From the NCBI GenBank assembly GCA_002633005.1, contig NMRA01000255.1:59457-102606 (forward strand): 43,150 bases of DNA, read 5' to 3'. The position numbers and the translations under genes were made by a program. Position 1 is the first letter of the stretch. Each line of letters opens with the position of its first letter. This stretch comes from Phoronis australis. Taxonomy: Eukaryota; Animalia; Phoronida. Shown here piece after piece: positions 37,010 through 43,150 of the stretch. The notes below the pieces were generated by a model. The model was not told the origin of the DNA. It made no database searches and worked only from the letters and a program-made list of their open reading frames with translations.

Positions 37010-37614
37010 GTATATATTCCGTACTATTTAGAGAAAATCTGGATCTAAAAATGAGGACGAGGGCCCAAAAGCAGCATTTCTGGGGGTTACGGCAGAAATT
37101 GTTTTGCAACACAAACTGTATTGCCTTGTATTTTGGATCCTATTTGAGCTTGCAGAGTATTGTTTCCAATTGAAAGACTGAACATTTCGTTCAAGTAGTA
37201 ACTATAAAATGTAATTTAAGTGGTTAGTGCGGGAACAACAAGACAACCATTGGAGCTCAGACAATATTTCAAAGTGAAAACGGGATTATGGCTGTGTAAT
37301 GCAAAATGATATAACAGCCAACAAATTTTTAAATGACGCTTCCATCGATCCCTTGGAATTCCCAGGCATTTATCGACTTTTCAGTGAAGGATGACATAAA
37401 CGTATTGAAATTGATATCGACCGCCTTGCCGACCACTGGACGGCTAGGTCAATAAAACATTAATATATTATTAGATTGGCATTATTAAAGTTGTCTGCAA
37501 TTTATTCACAAATATAGAAAAGTTGTTCACTAACTACCATATATATGTATGGCGTAATGGCGAGATTAAAAGAGCCGCAGAACATACCTAACTCATACTT
37601 TATAATTGATTTAG

Positions 37615-37793
37615 TGTCACCTATGAAGAGAAAGAAAAATTCACCAAAACTGAGTGCCAGTGATACAAACACAACATCCGGCTCAAACAGATTAGCCGCA
37701 AAAACCTCAAGATTGCCAAAACAAGGTGAAAGGAAGACACTACCGTCTTCAGTGCCTATCAAGAACAGAGCTGGCGGCGAAACTCATAAAAAG
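37615..37793 (+). CDS. Same gene, exon 3 (SPMKRKKNSPK...GGETHKK)
   Basis: Acceptor gatttag| phase 1 and donor AAG|GTTATC phase 0. The basic S/P-rich composition matches exon 1. Confidence 0.7.
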
Positions 37794-37893
37794 GTTATCT
37801 TTGCACCGGTTGTAAAACAACAGTTAAAGCTGAGGGAAATTAGTTTCTTATATTGATTTTTTCACTGTGTTCAAAACAAATAAACTGGGATCA

Positions 37894-38164
37894 GGAGCCT
37901 GTTTCATAAAACGTGACTTAAGACTTAAGACAGAAAATTAGTCTTGTGCTACACATAACTATTAAATCTCATTTCGGCAAAATTGCAGTCTCTGAGAATA
38001 AACACATAACTATTAGTTACTAAGTTAATTTCCATAAATATTTCTCGATTGTGATGCCCTCATAATTACTTGGCTAAACTTTTACTCACCAATTGTGAAT
38101 TGGGAGCGTAGGATCAAATTCCTGTCAGTGCTAAATCTTAAGTCACTTTCATGAAATGGACCCC
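37894..38164. mobile_element. Harbinger-like MITE in intron 3
   Basis: TIRs ggagcctgtttcataaaacgtgacttaagact and tcttaagtcactttcatgaaatggacccc. Confidence 0.7.
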
Positions 38165-38524
38165 AAAAGCAGTTGGCTATGTATCATTTCAAAATTGTTA
38201 AATTGTTGCGAAACCAAAGATGACCCATTTCTTAACTGTGTACTGTTTATGATCTGGTACGGATCTAATTGCAAGAGATTTTTGGGCGTGGCAAGGACCT
38301 GCTTGAGGCTATGCTCGGTGAATGGAATTGTTGGTCGGTCATGCCAACTTGTTGAGTCTCGTCTCAAGCAATAATGAAACTTACGAGTTCTTCCCAAAAA
38401 CATGTCAAGATCTGTTTTACAACATTGCACGATCTAAATCAAAGGTTCTTTTTTGATAGGAGGCCATTTTACAGCAGCTTTTAATATACCACAGAGACCA
38501 TCTTAATTTGATTTATTGTCACAG

Positions 38525-38932
38525 ATTAACGTATCTGAAGCAGAGACGACTGATCCGAAATACGCAACGGCAGGAATCTCCGCAGATGACAGTCACGGGT
38601 TGAATTTGGAAGTCATCCAAGACTCTTGTGCTAACCAAAATGAGGCAATTTCCAAACCGTGTGTTACCCATGGGTTCAGAAAGTTGTGGGTGAGCAAGTA
38701 TCATATCGACAAAGACCCCAAATGGGTGGACGCCATTGAACTGCGCCTGTGTGACATCAATGATGATGGCTCGTTGAAGCTCCCTCTTTCGGATCTCGAG
38801 GAAGTTAGCCAGATGTACGCTGAGTATGATGGCGACGGAAATTTAGGTGTCAAGACTGGAATTAACTTTGCCCTCACAGCAGGAATGCTCTATTTGGGTT
38901 ATCAAATCGGTATTCCACCTTTTAAGTGGTAA
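38525..38932 (+). CDS. Same gene, terminal exon 4: acidic domain + C-terminal hydrophobic segment
   Basis: Acceptor ttgtcacag| phase 0 into the ORF ending INFALTAGMLYLGYQIGIPPFKW*. AATAAA at 39030-39035. Confidence 0.75.
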   Translation: MNVSEAETTDPKYATAGISADDSHGLNLEVIQDSCANQNEAISKPCVTHGFRKLWVSKYHIDKDPKWVDAIELRLCDINDDGSLKLPLSDLEEVSQMYAEYDGDGNLGVKTGINFALTAGMLYLGYQIGIPPFKW

Positions 38933-39029
38933 CTGGATCCAAAAGATAGGGAACGTACACGATGAATCACCAATCAACAATTAAAAGATGAGACATAGGT
39001 AATTCAAATTAAGAGAATAGTCCTACTGA

Positions 39030-39035
39030 AATAAA
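39030..39035 (+). terminator. Candidate AATAAA polyadenylation signal
   Basis: ~100 nt after the stop at 38932. Confidence 0.5.
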
Positions 39036-39144
39036 GTGGTCTTTGCACTGATTGGTTTTGTGTCGGTCGTTTATCGAAATGCGAAATGCCTTCTTGGCAT
39101 AAATCAATACATATTCTGGAGAGTAAAACCTTTGTCGCAAAAGG

Positions 39145-39705
39145 ATGACATGTCGACGACGATGACAGCAATTACGGTAATGGTGATGACGATGATGATG
39201 ACAACTACGAAGATTATAATGATGATGAGAATGGTGGTGTTGTCGAAGGAGATGACAAATGTGAAGATTATGATGACGATGACGATGATGGTGATGATGA
39301 TGATGATGACGAAGATGGTGCTGGTGTCGATAGAGATGATGGCGATAATGATAAGATAAGAAATTTGAAAATTATGATGATGGTGATGATGAGAATGGTG
39401 GTAGTGTCGCTGGAGATGATGATAATTTTGAAGATTATGAGGATGATGATGAGAATTATCGTAGTATCGCTGGAGACGATGAGGATCATTTTGAAGATGA
39501 TGATGATGATGACGATGATGATGAAAATGACCGTGATGCTGATGGTGTTGATGATGATGACAACTGTAAAGATTATGATGATGATGCTGATGATAATGGT
39601 ACTGATGATGACGATGATGGCGACGTCGGTGGCAATGATGATAACTGTCATGATAGTAGTGATTGTGTTGACGGAGGTGATGTTGGTGATGGCTATGATG
39701 AATGG
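39145..39705. repeat. Long degenerate (GAT)n microsatellite with higher-order ~57-60-bp units
   Basis: gatgatgac/gatggtgat array with recurring gaagattatgatgatg..gagaat..gt.gt.tcgctggaga blocks. Confidence 0.95.
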
Positions 39706-40634
39706 AGTGGTTGCTACGCAATGCAAGAGGATGGTCTTGCACAAAAACAGACCCGTTGATTTTTTTCTGTTCTATTATATCTTCTGTACCAATACACGTA
39801 TAGCTTTGATATGTACACTTTCGCAATCGTAACTTCAGAAACAGTTCATAACGTGAGGCAAATCCAGTCGCACCGCTGGGGTGACAAACTCCAAACCTCT
39901 TTGAGTTACGGCCACGCCGTCACTTAAGGCTACCGTAAAGCGTTGTTCATTAGAATTACACAATTGTTGCAAATGACCAACTCGAAGCACCTACAGGTGA
40001 CCCTAATACCGTCACCGTGACGTCAAATAATAATTATACTCCTCCGTATTTTGCGAATTTCAGTGTGCCAAATCCGCATTTAAGTAACACAACTCTATAT
40101 AAATTTACAAAATCATTAAATAGAAATGGAACGTGAAAGATCGTGAAATATATCTTCCTGAAGAAAGTACTATCTTACAACGTCTAGTCCAGAGAAATTC
40201 ATTATCCCCTGTGAGAAAATTTTCAGAGAAAAATCACGCTTTCTGAAATACGCGCGAAAGAAAAACTCTGTGGTTACCAGAGAGTTTCTTATCTCCATCC
40301 CACGCATGATAAACTTGTCATTTTCTTAAGTTGTGTTTCACGGGTACACATGTAGGTAAAAACTACAGAAAATATTACTGCTCAGAAATCGAATTAACAA
40401 AAAGTATATGGGCAACGACTAAACAGTGCACAAATGAATTATAAAAGAAAGTAGAATACCGTAACATTGTATAGTTACATACATGCATACCCCCACACAC
40501 ACTTAGACACGCAAATAAGACTGCGAGTTTTTTGAAAGTTACATAAACCCACCTGTTAGTGGGGTCGTAACTTATCTTTTAAAATTTCAGAACAGACTCT
40601 CTTCCACTTTTTTCCGCAAAATATTGTAACATGA

Positions 40635-40910
40635 TTATAACATCCAAAATGCCTTGTTGAAAAATTCATAACATGCAGCTTGATACGGTGGCTCTAAAAC
40701 TGGAGCTGAAAATATATCAGCGGTTAAATTACTTCCCAGCATCCAGTCAAAGCCACAGGTCTGTGCGCACAAAGGATGGCCAGTGTAATTGTCGGTTTTG
40801 TTGGTGTCGAGAAATCGATGGTTGTCTGGAACCGTTTTTCGAGAGTTTGGATTGACGCTGTTCTCAGCCTCGTCCCTAAGGTTCAAGATGTCCCTGGTCG
40901 GTTTACCCAT
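40635..40910 (-). CDS. Possible small orphan ORF (91 aa), unassigned
   Basis: ATG-initiated, non-repetitive, with a strong acceptor (tttttattttcttgtattatactacag) ~95 nt upstream. No family recognised. Confidence 0.2.
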   Translation of the reverse strand: MGKPTRDILNLRDEAENSVNPNSRKTVPDNHRFLDTNKTDNYTGHPLCAQTCGFDWMLGSNLTADIFSAPVLEPPYQAACYEFFNKAFWML

Positions 40911-41389
40911 TTGAAGTTTGTTTGGGGAAAAATTTACTTGGCAGAAATCTGACTTGTTTAACTTTTTACGCAGTTCGCCGGATTATCAACTCTGAAACAT
41001 GCTGTAGTATAATACAAGAAAATAAAAATGAGTGGTATGTATGCAGAAATTTAGGCTTATACTCTTCAAAAATTGATGCATTTGAATTCAAAAGCAGGAT
41101 AATTTCCATGATGGTTTTAACAAAACAATAAGTACAACAGCGCATTTTATTTCAAGCGTGTGTCTTCTGCTTTCGAATCACGATTGGTAGGAACAACAAC
41201 GCCTGTGAAAATCGTTAAAATCTGCCTTTGGGTGTGACTTAGTATCTGGAGAAAATACTTAAATTTAAATTCACCACATCAATGGAGTAAGGACATGAAT
41301 CTTCAAAAGCTGGCATAAAAGTACTCAAGGATACAAATGTTCGAAGGATTCTTGTGTCGCCATTGTCAATGGTGAACGTCGTCCACGGC

Positions 41390-42160
41390 CAATGAGATAA
41401 ATAGAGAGTCCTACACGAGTCGGTTTAGAACATAAGCAAAACCTCTTGGAAATTTCGTCAAAATCTCGAGGCTTGCCGAGAAATATATTTCTCACGTGAT
41501 CTGGAATGTGTTACGACACAACTGGTTAATAACATCGAGTACGTAATTTTTGTTACATGGACGAATCACAAAGCAGTGCAAAGTAGAAATCCACACCCCT
41601 TACATTTTATCGTCTGCAAAACACTAATACCAACATTCAAACGCACGCCAACCAAACATGCCATGTTTTCGAGGTTTTGACAAGGTTTTGATTGACAAAT
41701 CCGGTGTCGCAACTGTACGTACTCCCAGCTGGAAGGTCACGCAAACAACTTCTTAAACGGACTCATCTGCGGCGGCGAATTCCTTATCCACCTTCATTCA
41801 AACGGAAACGAAACCCAACTCAAGAAACGCACACTGCTGACTTATATATTTAATTTAAGATGAAACTGTTAACAAAATGTATCTGAGTTAACTTAACATT
41901 GCGCAAGCGTGTTTTTACAAAGTTGTTTCATGTGGTTGAAAGTTTTAGATATGTCAAGATTTTCGGCAAAAAAGATTTTTTTAACGGTTCATGTGAGAAA
42001 ACAAATCCTGCACCAGTCTCAGGTGTATAACATAGACAAAAGCTCCTGGAACTTTCGTCAAAAACTCGCGGCACGCCTTGGGATTTTGACGAAATTTCCA
42101 AGAGGTTTTTCCCATGTCATAAACCTGACACGAGAGTAGGATTCTCTTAATAACTCATTG
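41390..42160. mobile_element. Non-autonomous DNA transposon, ~770 bp, with ~90-bp TIRs
   Basis: 41390-41480 (caatgagataaatagagagtcctac..aaacctcttggaaatttcgtcaaaatc..) is the reverse complement of 42065-42160. Confidence 0.8.
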
Positions 42161-42520
42161 TCCTCGCCATGCCTCAAATGGCTAAAGCGATCAGTGCCAT
42201 CTTGAAGCTTGAGGATGAGACTGCTCTGTTTATCAGTAATTTTATTTTCCGTGAAGCACGTGCTGTGGGAATAACTTGCTTGTTTTCGTCAAGGAAAACG
42301 AGATTGCAGTATTAAACGACGCGCTCGCGGAAAGCACTTTCATTTTTGGTTAGCGTGTCTCAAGCTGCATCGACGACAAAACCAAGATGGAAAGCAGCAT
42401 TAACAACGTCTAACAATTCGAAGCGCTCGCGGAAAGCGCTTCGAAACGCTTTCCTTATAGAGCAAGGCTGATCTAAAAATGGCTGAGAACGAAGGCCCTC
42501 CGACTGGAACGAATCCTCCA

Positions 42521-42581
42521 GAGCAGGTGAGTACTGATGAGTCACTTGAAATAGTAACTTAAAGCTGCACTTCGCCTGTTT
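42521..42581 (+). ncRNA. Degenerate minimal type I hammerhead ribozyme-like fold (probably inactive; Penelope/retrozyme-type relic)
   Basis: Stem I gagcaggtgagt / acttcgcctgttt, core CTGATGA (42534-42540), stem II gtcact/agtaac. Then ttAAA instead of GAAA, followed by a palindromic AGCT. Confidence 0.4.
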
Positions 42582-43150
42582 CGTAGGCTGAAAAACTAAA
42601 ATCGAGTAAGGTGTTTTACTTTTATAAATCGATCTAATAATAATCCTTACAATGATGGGCTCTATTTCTGTTATCAACAAGAACATTGAAACTGTCAGCA
42701 ACTCAAGAAAATTCTTCAGTCAGAGCTAATTGAGGTTGGACGAAAGGGCTCATGTATGCATACTCACGATCGACAACCGAACGATTTTCGTTGAATGAAA
42801 AAGCATGTCTTAAGTGCTACATTGAACTCTGTTCAAGTCTCGGACACTAACAGCAATGATGAGCTTAATTCATCTCATTGGCTAAGCCAATGGGCATTGC
42901 AACAAAGTGGAATGTGTGAGTTGGAATAGTAGCCGCTTTCGTCAGCAGGCGTGAAGCGCAATGGGCTATTCGGAGAATTCTCCTCGCGGTGTCGCTGCTG
43001 TACTAGTGGTGATTGAATTGCGCATGCGTGACTGTCTGCATGTAAACAACTGGTAAAAGATGGAATTTTTATCAAAATACGTCGTCGCGCTAAGCCTTAT
43101 TACTGCTAATTTCCCTGGTGCAAGTCTTCGACAGGTGGCCACAAATTCCC

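Noticed and set aside
39036-39832. Long His-rich, Met-rich and Ile-rich ORFs
   Set aside because: All are translations of the (GAT)n microsatellite, which lies downstream of the candidate poly(A) signal. There is no coding evidence.

Overview
This is AT-rich eukaryotic (animal) genomic DNA with spliceosomal introns, many degenerate transposons and one 127-N assembly gap (15115-15241). The repeat families suggest a marine invertebrate, which is an inference. I assembled three protein-coding genes by hand from GT-AG sites with consistent phases. (1) A secreted CS-alpha-beta defensin/short-toxin-like precursor (+, 2683-2767 and 3474-~3633/3715) with signal peptide, acidic propeptide, RRAR furin site and C-x5-C-x3-C-x9-C-x4-C-x-C core. 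(2) A 3-exon, ~633-aa secreted protein (-, 22708-16348): signal peptide + PAN/Apple domain + two tandem olfactomedin domains, each on its own exon and both with a remodelled, His-containing central metal site. (3) A 4-exon, ~669-aa protein (+, 35394-38932) with five basic P-R-Y-L-x-x-T-S-A-A-K-x-K repeats, resembling known microtubule-binding motifs, and a C-terminal tail-anchor-like segment. Mobile DNA includes a 2.7-kb TIR element with an exact 6-bp TSD (8693-11390), a Gypsy pol relic, two LINE relics, a tRNA-derived SINE head and about ten MITEs. There is also a degenerate minimal hammerhead-ribozyme fold near 42.55 kb. Most short ORFs in the supplied track are spurious.
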